A stretch of 32,000 nt of DNA, taken from the NCBI GenBank assembly GCA_022570935.1, contig JACZYU010000005.1, positions 4,891 through 36,890 on the forward strand. Direction: 5' to 3'. A program made the translations under genes and the position numbers. Origin of the DNA: Planctomycetota bacterium (GTDB lineage: Bacteria > Planctomycetota > Brocadiia > Brocadiales > Scalinduaceae). The notes under the pieces were generated by a model that saw nothing but the letters and a program-made list of their open reading frames with translations, did not search any database and was not told the origin of the DNA. Positions 1 to 8,439 of this stretch are shown here, piece after piece. Positions within the stretch are counted from its first letter, which is position 1; each line of letters starts with the position of its first letter.

Positions 1-1579
1 CTGCGGTAAGCACCTTTGTCTCATACTCCTTTAGTTCCGGCGTAATATACCTTTCGGCATGCTTAAGGGTTTGCTTGCGAATATACGTTTCGGGAACCTT
101 GTCTTTGTGCATATTTGTGATCTCAATATAATATCCGAAAACTCTAGTGTACCCTACCTTTAATGAACTGATACCCGTCCTGTCTGCTTCTTGTGACTGA
201 AAACCGGCAATCCAACTCTTTCCATTTTTGCTGATATTTCTCAGTTCATCCAGGTCATGATCATAACCTTCCTGTATAATCCCACCATCACGAACAGACT
301 GTGGCGGCTCAGGCATTATGGCTGTGCTTATAAGTACCCTTACTTCTTCTAAAACATCCAATGCCTCATGGCACAGTTTCAGGATAGACGAATTGCAGAC
401 AAAAACCGCCGACTTTAATTTTGGCAAGAGAGACAGCGATTGTTTCAAAGAGATAAGGTCTCTTGCGTTGGCGCGGCCGAAGCTGATCTTTGCAGAAATC
501 CTTTCAATATCATACACATCCCCTAAAAGCTCCCGAATCTCCCTGCACTGGTTTTTATTATTATGTAACTCCTCAACACCATCCTGCCTGACCTTTATAT
601 CCCCGGGTACACAAAGCGGGCTTACCAGCCAGCCCTTTATCAACCTCCCCCCCATAGGGGTCTTTGTCCGGTCTATTACACTCAATAAGGAACCTTCCTT
701 CTGCTGTGTTCTCACAGTCTTGACCAGTTCCAGGCTTTGCTGTGTGGAATGGTCCAGGATCAGGTGATTATGGCTTGAATACTTCTCCATTTTATTAATG
801 TGCGAAAGGGAAGTCTTCTGTGTTTCATTGAGGTAGTTAATCAAAGCGCCCGCAGCGCTCAGAGACGGCCCGATATCCTCACATCCAAACCCCTCCAGCG
901 AAGAAGTGCTGAAATGGTTAATAAGTTTCTGATATGCCGTCTCGCGCGAAAATTCCCAGTCTGCACGACGCGTAACCATTGCATCAAAATCTGTAGATAT
1001 TCTTTCCGAAAGATCAAACTCATTAAAAGTGAAATTTTCAGGTAATACACACTCAGACGGATTTATCCTGGTCAATTCATCCAGTAAACAACTCTTGTTA
1101 ATATCCTGTACCATGAATTTCCCGGTTGAGATATCTACCCAGGACAAACCGATTTTGTCATCATTTAAAAAGAGAGATAAAAGATAGTTGTTGTCTTTAT
1201 CCTCCAACATTTCATCTTCAGTAAGTGTGCCGGGAGTGATAACCCTTACTACCTCCCGCTCGACTATTCCCTTTGCGCCTGCTTTAGAATCATTTTTTTC
1301 AGTGCCATTCATCAATTGTTCACAAACAGCAACCTTATACCCTGCCTTTATCAACTTGGGAATATAAGATCCGGCTGCATGATGAGGTATACCGGCCATA
1401 GGTACGGCCTTTTCCCCCTTGGATCTTGAAGTCAATGTAATACCCAGAACCTTTGCCGCAATCCTGGCATCATCATAGAACATCTCGTAAAAATCCCCCA
1501 TGCGGAAAAACAATAATGCGTCCTCATTTTCCCTCTTTATACTCATATATTGTTTCATCATAGGGGTTGAAAAAGGCAT
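1..1579 (-). CDS. mutS: DNA mismatch repair protein MutS, N-terminal ~526 codons (3' end lies beyond the window)
   Basis: The minus-strand frame is open from ATG 1579 to the window edge; it is absent from the ORF track because it has no stop in the window. Translation begins MPFSTPMMKQYMSIKRENEDALLFFRMGDFYEMFYDDA and reaches ...RYITPELKEYETKVLTA at position 2, typical of the MutS mismatch-binding, connector and core regions. AAGGAG lies about 7 nt upstream of the ATG. Confidence 0.9.
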   Translation of the reverse strand, partial: MPFSTPMMKQYMSIKRENEDALLFFRMGDFYEMFYDDARIAAKVLGITLTSRSKGEKAVPMAGIPHHAAGSYIPKLIKAGYKVAVCEQLMNGTEKNDSKAGAKGIVEREVVRVITPGTLTEDEMLEDKDNNYLLSLFLNDDKIGLSWVDISTGKFMVQDINKSCLLDELTRINPSECVLPENFTFNEFDLSERISTDFDAMVTRRADWEFSRETAYQKLINHFSTSSLEGFGCEDIGPSLSAAGALINYLNETQKTSLSHINKMEKYSSHNHLILDHSTQQSLELVKTVRTQQKEGSLLSVIDRTKTPMGGRLIKGWLVSPLCVPGDIKVRQDGVEELHNNKNQCREIRELLGDVYDIERISAKISFGRANARDLISLKQSLSLLPKLKSAVFVCNSSILKLCHEALDVLEEVRVLISTAIMPEPPQSVRDGGIIQEGYDHDLDELRNISKNGKSWIAGFQSQEADRTGISSLKVGYTRVFGYYIEITNMHKDKVPETYIRKQTLKHAERYITPELKEYETKVLTA

Positions 1580-1808
1580 CTTATCTCCTTTATTACATTT
1601 GATCCAATTACTTAAGAGTAAGAACTATCTGTTTGTAAGGATATTAAAGCAAATGAACGTAATCTTTCAATTAAATAAATGACAATATTATGGTTACCAT
1701 CCTCAACCCCCTGGTTTTAATGGATTTTGAGAATAGGTGTCATGATATGATTAAGATAATGGGAAAGACGAATTGATGTAAAAGAGATGTTATCGTTACT
1801 CGGAAAAC

Positions 1809-3512
1809 CTAACTACCCGACATAATTACGTCTGATTCTATTCCTTCCGGGGAGCCTTTGATGTTTCTTCTGAAAAGTGCCTGCATTCCACTGGAGGCCT
1901 TGGTGGATAATCTGGAACCAAAATCCTCATAGATAATAATACCTTCAACATCCGGCAGTTTTTCAATGAGTTCCATACCCTTCTCCAGCCCCAGGACAAA
2001 TACTCCTGTGGAAAGTGCGTCTGCCCTGATCGCATTGCCTGCAACTATTGTCACACTAACGATGCCCTTAACGGGGTTGCCGGTCCTTGGATCGATTATG
2101 TGTGAATACCGCTCGCCATCAATAGTAAAGAATTTTTCGTAGTCACCGGAAGTAGATACGGCTTTATCTCTAATCTCAAATGAACCAAGGAGCCCCTCGC
2201 TCTTGCGTGGGTGTTGCAGACCTATAACCCATGAATCTTTCCCCGGAGGCGCTCCATACGCATAAATATTTCCAGCGAAGTTTATGAGTGCAGAATTTAT
2301 TCCGTTTCCTTTAAGTACCCTGGTTGCCATGTCAACAGCATAACCCTTTCCAATCCCGCCCAGATCAATCTGCGTACCGGAATTCCTGAAGTATATAGTC
2401 TTTACAATACTCGGGTCACGGAAGAGTGACTTTTTAACTCTTTCTTCAATAATAATGTTTTTATAAGAAACTGATTCAAGCGCTGATTTCAGTTCTTCTT
2501 TACCTGGAATTCTTCCCTGCTCCTTGAAAAATCCCCACTTTTTCATGAGAGGGCCTATTGTAATATCAAAGGCGCCATCAGTAATATCACTATACTGTAA
2601 AGATTGTTCTATTACGTAAGCAAGCTCGTTGTCACAGATGGTTGGTTCCGATGCGGCATTTTTATTAACTTTCGACAGCTCGCTCTCCTCTTTATAATTG
2701 CTCATCAGGTAATCAAGCCTGTTAATCTCTTTGAATACGTCATTGAATGCTTTTTCAGCTTTATATTTGCCTGCAACATAGGCGGAGACCTCAAAGAGTG
2801 TTCCCATGCTCAATGCCGCCTTTTTGAATAGTGTTAATTCCTGCTCCCGGCCTTCATCGCTAAACTTCACCCTTTCCATGGAAGCAATATTATCTGTCCT
2901 TTTACCGCTTAAGTAGAATTGATCAATGACGGTAAGCACCTTCTTCACTCCCGTACACATAGTAACAACAGACATGGTAGCCCCTGTTATATTAATGATG
3001 TCCTTATTGATTCTTAGAGGGTTCTTAAGGGTCTTGCCCTTAAATTGGTAAAGGAACCTCTTCTTTGCAATCTCAGCGCCCCTGCTTTCACGGTAAACGA
3101 GTATGGCTATCTCCCTGATCTTACCCTTCGGACTCACAGATACTATGAATGTATAAGGATGGAACTTGCCAACCTCCTCGGTAATTATTGCATATCCCGT
3201 AACCTTGCCGGATTTAATGCCTATGTATGTGATAAAACTGTTTTCATATATCTTCCGCTTTAGTCTGTTCTGAAGCACTGTCTTGCTCTCATCAGTAAGG
3301 ATTATCTTGTCATACACTATCTCATCACAGTCCGGAAGCACCTTCAGCAATGCCTGTTCTTCCGTCAGGAAAACATGGGGTTGATAATTCTCCACCGGTT
3401 CTAGCTCAAAGCCCGCCTGTGCATGGCACGTAGAAGTAATTGCAAACACCAACGCCGGTATCAATAAATAAACGTTTACTCTTCTCATTTTCAATAAACC
3501 TAACCTAGACAA
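1809..3512 (-). CDS. Secreted FMN_bind-domain + ApbE flavin-transferase fusion protein (paralog 1, catalytic motifs intact)
   Basis: 567-aa ORF. The likely true start is ATG 3488 (MRRVNVYLLIPALVFAITSTCHA signal peptide); TTG 3512 abuts a repeat module. The N-half carries the RnfG/NqrC/NosR-type flavinylation motif INITGATMS (TGAT codons 2976-2987). The C-half carries ApbE signatures MGT, IDLGGIGKGYAVD, STSGDYEK and SHIIDPRTGNP (2073-2102). Confidence 0.8.
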   Translation of the reverse strand: MSRLGLLKMRRVNVYLLIPALVFAITSTCHAQAGFELEPVENYQPHVFLTEEQALLKVLPDCDEIVYDKIILTDESKTVLQNRLKRKIYENSFITYIGIKSGKVTGYAIITEEVGKFHPYTFIVSVSPKGKIREIAILVYRESRGAEIAKKRFLYQFKGKTLKNPLRINKDIINITGATMSVVTMCTGVKKVLTVIDQFYLSGKRTDNIASMERVKFSDEGREQELTLFKKAALSMGTLFEVSAYVAGKYKAEKAFNDVFKEINRLDYLMSNYKEESELSKVNKNAASEPTICDNELAYVIEQSLQYSDITDGAFDITIGPLMKKWGFFKEQGRIPGKEELKSALESVSYKNIIIEERVKKSLFRDPSIVKTIYFRNSGTQIDLGGIGKGYAVDMATRVLKGNGINSALINFAGNIYAYGAPPGKDSWVIGLQHPRKSEGLLGSFEIRDKAVSTSGDYEKFFTIDGERYSHIIDPRTGNPVKGIVSVTIVAGNAIRADALSTGVFVLGLEKGMELIEKLPDVEGIIIYEDFGSRLSTKASSGMQALFRRNIKGSPEGIESDVIMSGS

Positions 3513-3913
3513 GTCATGCCTGAGGCAGACTCGCTGTGGCGAGCCAGTACCAAACAGGAGTTAATAAATTACAAATCTCAAAAAACAAATCTCAAACAAA
3601 TTTCAAATTACAATGTCCGCCTGCCTGTCGGCAGACAGGAATGACCAAAAACCAGACTTCGGCGAGTTCAGTCGATCCGTTTGCTCGCCATGTTAAATAT
3701 ATCTTTATATCTTTGTATTTTATTGGTCTTTATAAAAAATGCAACTTTTGGAAGTTATTGTAAAGACCTCATCCAAATAATTTAACAGGGTAAAGAATTT
3801 TGGGTTTGTTTATTGGGATTTGTTTGCTATTTGCCTGCCTGCCGGCAAGGCAGGGAATTTGTTATTTGGTGCTTATCAGATATTATGCAAAACTCAATAA
3901 ATAAATATTTTGC
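3513..3913. repeat. Composite intergenic repeat region built from modules found elsewhere in the window
   Basis: 3513-3545 (GTCATGCCTGAGGCAGACTCGCTGTGGCGAGCC) matches the flank modules at 8440-8520, 17871-17957 and 22258-22356. 3550-3583 matches 11421-11453 and 3857-3913 matches 11477-11533, both nearly exactly. GC hairpins CCTGTC/GACAGG and CCTGCC/GGCAGG are present. ORF 3536..3763 lies wholly inside this repeat DNA. Confidence 0.75.
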
Positions 3914-3976
3914 TCTCCGAGGCGTAGTCTCTACGAGACGGAGTCCAAAATTGGTCAAAAAGATTTTATTAAAATA

Positions 3977-4474
3977 TTAGCCGTCACTAAGAATTTCTTC
4001 GATCCTCATGAGAGCCTCTTCTTCTCGCTCTCCTGTAGACTTTTTCCTCTCCCATCTGTATGCAGCGCTGCCTCCCCTTGCTTTTTCCTGAACCTGACAG
4101 CTTACCTTTACGGAACTGATCAGATTATTACCGGAAATCCTGAATGTAATCCGATATCTCTCTTTCCAGTAATCATCAAGGAACCGATCTGTCATTATAC
4201 TTCTTGCCTTCCTTTGCGAGAAACCTTCAACCCAGCCGGTTTTGATTAGACCTTTTTCCTTATTTATTTTGTCCAGGGGCAAGTCGCCCAGTGACATAAG
4301 AACCGCCGACCACACATCCTCAAAATCTTCGTTAAAAGTCTTTGTATATTTTGAAGATTGCGAACCTGTAGAACGGTCATCATAAGCCTGATATCTTGAA
4401 GAAGTACCAGGCAGGGTACATCCTGTTAAGCAAAAAAGTAATGGTATTAATAATAATATTTTTAAGGTGGACAT
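3977..4474 (-). CDS. Putative lipoprotein (function unknown)
   Basis: 165-aa ORF starting at ATG 4474. The N-terminus MSTLKILLLIPLLFCLTGC is a signal peptide with a lipobox (LTGC). The rest is a soluble domain; no family is confidently recognised. Confidence 0.65.
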   Translation of the reverse strand: MSTLKILLLIPLLFCLTGCTLPGTSSRYQAYDDRSTGSQSSKYTKTFNEDFEDVWSAVLMSLGDLPLDKINKEKGLIKTGWVEGFSQRKARSIMTDRFLDDYWKERYRITFRISGNNLISSVKVSCQVQEKARGGSAAYRWERKKSTGEREEEALMRIEEILSDG

Positions 4475-4616
4475 AATATTGCAAAAAAGTTTTTGGTTGG
4501 TGAATGCTAACAGAGGCTATATATTTCTGTCAAGCAATTATCAGGATCCTGTGTGTTGGGAAGCTAATCTTGAGTTGTTTACAAGGGCGACTTTAACGGC
4601 TGCTCGCAACAGGGAT

Positions 4617-4658
4617 GGGTGCACTGCGAAAGGAGAAGGAAAAAATTACAGTGCACCC
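4617..4658. other. Perfect 10-bp-stem hairpin, function unknown
   Basis: GGGTGCACTG (4617-4626) pairs with CAGTGCACCC (4649-4658) across a 22-nt purine-rich loop. It lies 77 nt downstream of the TPR gene stop (4735, minus strand). There is no clear U-tract on the minus strand. Confidence 0.5.
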
Positions 4659-4734
4659 ATTTGTGAAAGATTTTAAGGCTCTCTTTACTTAGTTAACATA
4701 AAAACCGCCTGATTAGTTCCATTTAATTTTTATT

Positions 4735-5714
4735 TTATCCTGCTGCCTTTTCAAGATTGGATTTTGATGATTCTACGATTATCTCTAAGATGTTTTTTAA
4801 GGAATTATCCTGTGGGTATAAACGTAATGCCTCTTTGATCAATTGAGCGGATTCTTCGCTCCTTCCTTCTTCTAAAAGCATAACAATCAAGTTGTAAAAA
4901 ATGGAGGCGCCTTTTTGGCCCAGGTTTATGGCAATCCTGTATTCATCTACCGCTTTTGCTTTTTCACCTGTTTCTATATACAAATTTGCAAGCGCTATAT
5001 GTGTAGACGCTTGTTTTGGTTCTATCTCAATGGCCTTTTCATATTCCCTCAGGGCTTCGTCCGGTTTAAGTTCCTCAACATAAATACTTCCCAGTAGTAA
5101 ATGAGCTTTAGCATAATCAGGTTTCTTATCTATCGCTTTTTGTAATGTTTCCTGTGCGGAAAGATTTTCTCCTCCCATGTAATAGGCATTACCGAGCCGA
5201 TAGAGATCCTCTGCTGAAACATCTTGTGAGGATGCTATATAACCCTGATAAAACAAGGCAGCCTCTCTGTGCATATTATTATTTAAATATAAATCCGCTA
5301 TGCTCCGTTTGAGCTCTGCACTCCCAACACCCAGCCGTTGCGCAGTTTCAAAGGCATCTATGGCATTATTGTATTCTCCTTTATCCAGATACAGATTACC
5401 AATATCAATAAGAGTTTCTGTCGCACCAGGCCATACCTGCAAGATATAACCATATACTGCAAGCGCATCTTCAAGTTTGCCATAATTACGTAATGTTGAG
5501 GCCAACTGCAGATTTGCTTCCTTCGATAGTGGAGCTAGTGTAACTGCATTTCTGTAGGCGCATAAGGCTCCTTCGCTATTACCCAGGCTTTCGAGACAAA
5601 TGCCGATTGAAATAAAAAGGCCGCTATCAAGTTCCGGAGGTTTGGATATCTTTTGAAACGCCTGTAACGCATTTCTATAGTCCTTATCTGGCAAATACGT
5701 GGCGTGTTTCATGA
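4735..5714 (-). pseudogene. TPR-repeat protein, C-terminal part of a gene split by an IS insertion
   Basis: ORF-track entry 4735..5724 begins with VYDVM, which is encoded by the IS terminal repeat. Host sequence starts at KHATYLPDKDY. The remainder consists of multiple TPR units (for example AYRNAVTLAP, AIDAFETAQRLG, ALREYEKAIEIEP). Confidence 0.8.
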
Positions 5715-7101
5715 CATCGTACACACTTTTTGTTTCACGAGATCGTACACAGATTGTATATTTCCATAAGGGAGGATATACAATGGATAAAAAAAAGTAA
5801 AACAGTTAATGAAGAAATTAATTTACGAGAACTTTGTATTAAGCTATACAATGAAGGTAAAAAACCAACAGAAATCTCCAGGAGCTTACGTCGTACACGA
5901 AATTGGGTCTATAAATGGATAAAACGATATAAGTCAGGAGATCCAAAATGGTATTTAGATGAATCCAAGGAACCAAAGAAGAAGCCGACAAAGGTCGATC
6001 AAGAACTAGAGAACAACATTGTTGATATCCGAAAAAAGTTAGTAAAACGTGACACTCCAGAAACACGATACGCTTTTCATGGAGCAGTCGCAATTCATCA
6101 AGAATTAGATAAATCAGGATATAAAGACAAGCCTAATTTATCAACGATTAACCGTATTATTAAACGAAACGGATTAATTGTAAAAGAGCAAAGGAAAACA
6201 GGTAATAAAGAATCAAAAGTATATTATCCCGGTATATGTACCAGATATCCAGGGCACGTTTACCAACTTGATTTAGTAACACCAAGGTATATTACTGGAT
6301 ATGGGCGAATAGTTTCAGTAAACCGTATTGACGTTTATTCGGCAAAAGCAAACTTAAACCAATACCAATCCAAAGGAGCAGACAGTATTATTAGCTTTGC
6401 CATAGAAGATTGGAGTGAACATGGTATACCACATTACTTGCAATTAGACAATGAAGCGGCTTTTCGTGGTAGCCTGTATCATCCCAGGACATTTGGCAAA
6501 CTGACACGTTTTTGCTTAAACTTTGGTGTAGAATTAATTTTTATTCCATTCAAAGAGCCTTGGCGTAACGGTTATATTGAAAGTTTTAACAGTCGATTCA
6601 ATGAAAACCTCTGGCTCTTTCAGAAATTTACAGATTTAGAGCATTTAAGAAACGAAGCAAAACTATTTAAAGATAAATATAACAACTTTCAAACTTATAA
6701 GAAAAAACACTTTAGCAAACAGTACTTATTTGGATACACAACACGCTATTTCCCAAAGGGATTCAAATTTGATCTTTCAACAGAGTTACCTATTACTAAT
6801 GGTAAAATCCATTTTATAAGACTTGTTAATGAAAAAGGCTATATTAATGTCTTTAATGAAAATTTTTACATTAACAAAGATTTTAGTTTTGAATACGTAT
6901 GGGCAACTATTTTTACTAAAGAACAATTGTTAAGATTCTATTACCAAGCAACAAAAGATTCTAAAGAAGAATTGATAAAAACTGTTGCTTATAAACTCAG
7001 GGAGACTGTAAAAAACAGAATGCCTGTTAAAAAGTTTTGCTAAAGTGTGTACGATGTCATGACACAGCTAGTAGCACTAAGAAGTGTGTACGATGTCATG
7101 A
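5709..7101 (+). mobile_element. Insertion sequence with an rve-type DDE transposase (IS481/IS3-superfamily-like), including flanking TCATGA copies
   Basis: Left end TCATGA-CATCGTACACACT (5709-5727) is the inverted complement of right end AGTGTGTACGATG-TCATGA (7083-7101). The palindromic hexamer TCATGA sits at both junctions (5709-5714 and 7096-7101). Subterminal copies of the end sequence lie at 5735-5752 and 7044-7062. The element carries a single transposase ORF. Confidence 0.85.
5730..7043 (+). CDS. DDE (rve/integrase-core) transposase with an N-terminal HTH
   Basis: 437-aa ORF. The HTH-like segment is KPTEISRSLRRTRNWVYKWIKRY. The candidate catalytic triad lies in YQLDLVTP, LQLDNEAAFRG and PWRNGYIESFN. 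The SD-preceded ATG at 5783 is one nucleotide out of frame across an A8 run (5789-5796), so the true start and intactness are uncertain. Confidence 0.8.
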   Translation: MFHEIVHRLYISIREDIQWIKKSKTVNEEINLRELCIKLYNEGKKPTEISRSLRRTRNWVYKWIKRYKSGDPKWYLDESKEPKKKPTKVDQELENNIVDIRKKLVKRDTPETRYAFHGAVAIHQELDKSGYKDKPNLSTINRIIKRNGLIVKEQRKTGNKESKVYYPGICTRYPGHVYQLDLVTPRYITGYGRIVSVNRIDVYSAKANLNQYQSKGADSIISFAIEDWSEHGIPHYLQLDNEAAFRGSLYHPRTFGKLTRFCLNFGVELIFIPFKEPWRNGYIESFNSRFNENLWLFQKFTDLEHLRNEAKLFKDKYNNFQTYKKKHFSKQYLFGYTTRYFPKGFKFDLSTELPITNGKIHFIRLVNEKGYINVFNENFYINKDFSFEYVWATIFTKEQLLRFYYQATKDSKEELIKTVAYKLRETVKNRMPVKKFC

Positions 7102-7522
7102 AACTTGGCAAATACGCACTACCCAGGTATCGCACCGGTTTCAGGTTTTCGGGTTCGATATCTAAAGCCTTGGCATATGCCCCAATTGCGTCATCTACCC
7201 TGTCTTGCATCATCATATAAACATGCCCCAGGTTAATATAGATACCTGCAGTTTCTTTCTTCGCTAACGCAGACACATAAGCAGATTCAGCATCAGACAA
7301 TCTATTTCCCCTATACGCTTCATCCCCTTTCCTGACGAGTTCAGAGTAACTGCCTTTCATTTTAGTCTGGTTTTGATAAGTCTCTGCTATGACTACAGAG
7401 TGATATTGTAAAATCACAATAAATAGTAAAAATAACAATCTGATCATCCGGCAGCTTTTTTCAGCCGCTAAGACCAAAAGGCACAAAATTTCCTGTTTCT
7501 TGTCCATAAATTTCCCATCCAA
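7096..7522 (-). pseudogene. TPR-repeat protein, N-terminal part of the IS-split gene
   Basis: ORF-track entry 7040..7522 ends in MTSYTLLSATSCVMTSYTL, which is encoded by IS sequence. The host part ends ...PVRYLGSAYLPSF. It contains a signal-like segment MIRLLFLLFIVILQYHSVVIA (alternative ATG 7447) and TPR-like units. Confidence 0.75.
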
Positions 7523-7643
7523 TTACGCGCAATTCTTTGAATTACCTTACTAAATTACACAATTATCATCTTTACCTCTTTACCCCAATCTACAATCGTC
7601 AATCATCAATTGACAATTGTGAGCAAAGCGAACTAAGTCCTAA

Positions 7644-8315
7644 CTACAATCCTTTCAAATTAAAAGAGATTTTCTGGATGCACCATACCGCCACAGGCTT
7701 CCCAAAGTATGTCGCAGGCTTAAATCGCCACTTTAAGACAGTTTCCCTGGCGGACGCCCCAAAACCATCAAACCCGTATACGTCTAGTACCTGCACACTC
7801 GAAACATTACCTTTTTCATCCACCATAAACTGTAATGTAACATCACCTTCAATCCGTTTAGTTCTTGCGTAATATGGATAAGGAGGCTGGATATGATAAA
7901 TTTTATGTGGCGACTCATCTACCTCCTCCAGTTCGAGTATTTGTCTGTCTTTGGGGCTTGCTTCAGAAAAGTAATCTGCCTGAAATACCAGGTCAGCGTC
8001 AGAAACATTAAGTGATGGTTGAACATTAATATTTAATACCCTTCGTGGTTTCATCTTTTTCTGATTAAGAGAAACCATTTTTAGCCTCAGTTTTTTCTTT
8101 TTAATCTTTTCGACAGGTCTTTCCTTTGATTTCTTACGATTAAGTGTCTTCGGTTCTTTAGGCTGTATTTGAAAAACCTCTATAGCCTTCAGTTTATCCT
8201 GCACATCTTTTAGTTCAGGTGTCCTGTTCATGGATACCAGAACCAGGAAAAACAGAAGGTTCAACCCCAAAGCGCTTAAAATTATCCATATGTTTTTTCG
8301 TCTAAATCCGGCCAT
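7644..8315 (-). CDS. tonB: TonB-family energy transducer
   Basis: 223-aa ORF with an N-terminal TM anchor (IWIILSALGLNLLFFLVLV) and a Lys/Pro-rich spacer. The C-terminal TonB domain reads PPYPYYARTKRIEGDVTLQFMVDEKGNVSSVQVL...KWRFKPA. The classic SxxxH motif is not evident in the TM helix. Confidence 0.8.
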   Translation of the reverse strand: MAGFRRKNIWIILSALGLNLLFFLVLVSMNRTPELKDVQDKLKAIEVFQIQPKEPKTLNRKKSKERPVEKIKKKKLRLKMVSLNQKKMKPRRVLNINVQPSLNVSDADLVFQADYFSEASPKDRQILELEEVDESPHKIYHIQPPYPYYARTKRIEGDVTLQFMVDEKGNVSSVQVLDVYGFDGFGASARETVLKWRFKPATYFGKPVAVWCIQKISFNLKGL

Positions 8316-8331
8316 GATATTAAATATGTAG

Positions 8332-8359
8332 GTTGGGTTTTAAAAGACAAAAACCCAAC
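8332..8359. other. 10-bp-stem hairpin immediately upstream of the tonB start
   Basis: GTTGGGTTTT (8332-8341) pairs with AAAACCCAAC (8350-8359) across an 8-nt loop. On the plus strand it is followed by GACTTTTTA. On the minus (coding) strand it ends 16 nt before the tonB ATG. Confidence 0.45.
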
Positions 8360-8439
8360 GACTTTTTACGCCACTATGGAGTGCATTGACCGCCTGTCCG
8401 CCAGTTTATTGGGCAGGTGTCAATGCTGTCATGTCACCT

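Noticed and set aside
318-1050. ORF-track entries 318..767(+), 800..1045(+) and 859..1050(-), plus 1500..1682(+)
   Set aside because: All lie inside or antisense to the clearly recognisable mutS reading frame (1-1579, minus). Their translations are low-complexity and match no family.
3489-3512. TTG 3512 as the start of the FMN_bind-ApbE gene, and likewise GTG 25851, the 15633 start and GTG 18149 from the ORF track
   Set aside because: The downstream ATGs (3488, 25890, 15591, 18164) give canonical signal peptides or N-termini and better SD spacing. The longer extensions also run into repeat or spacer sequence. The longer coordinates are kept in two features (1809..3512, 14194..15633) only to match the ORF track.
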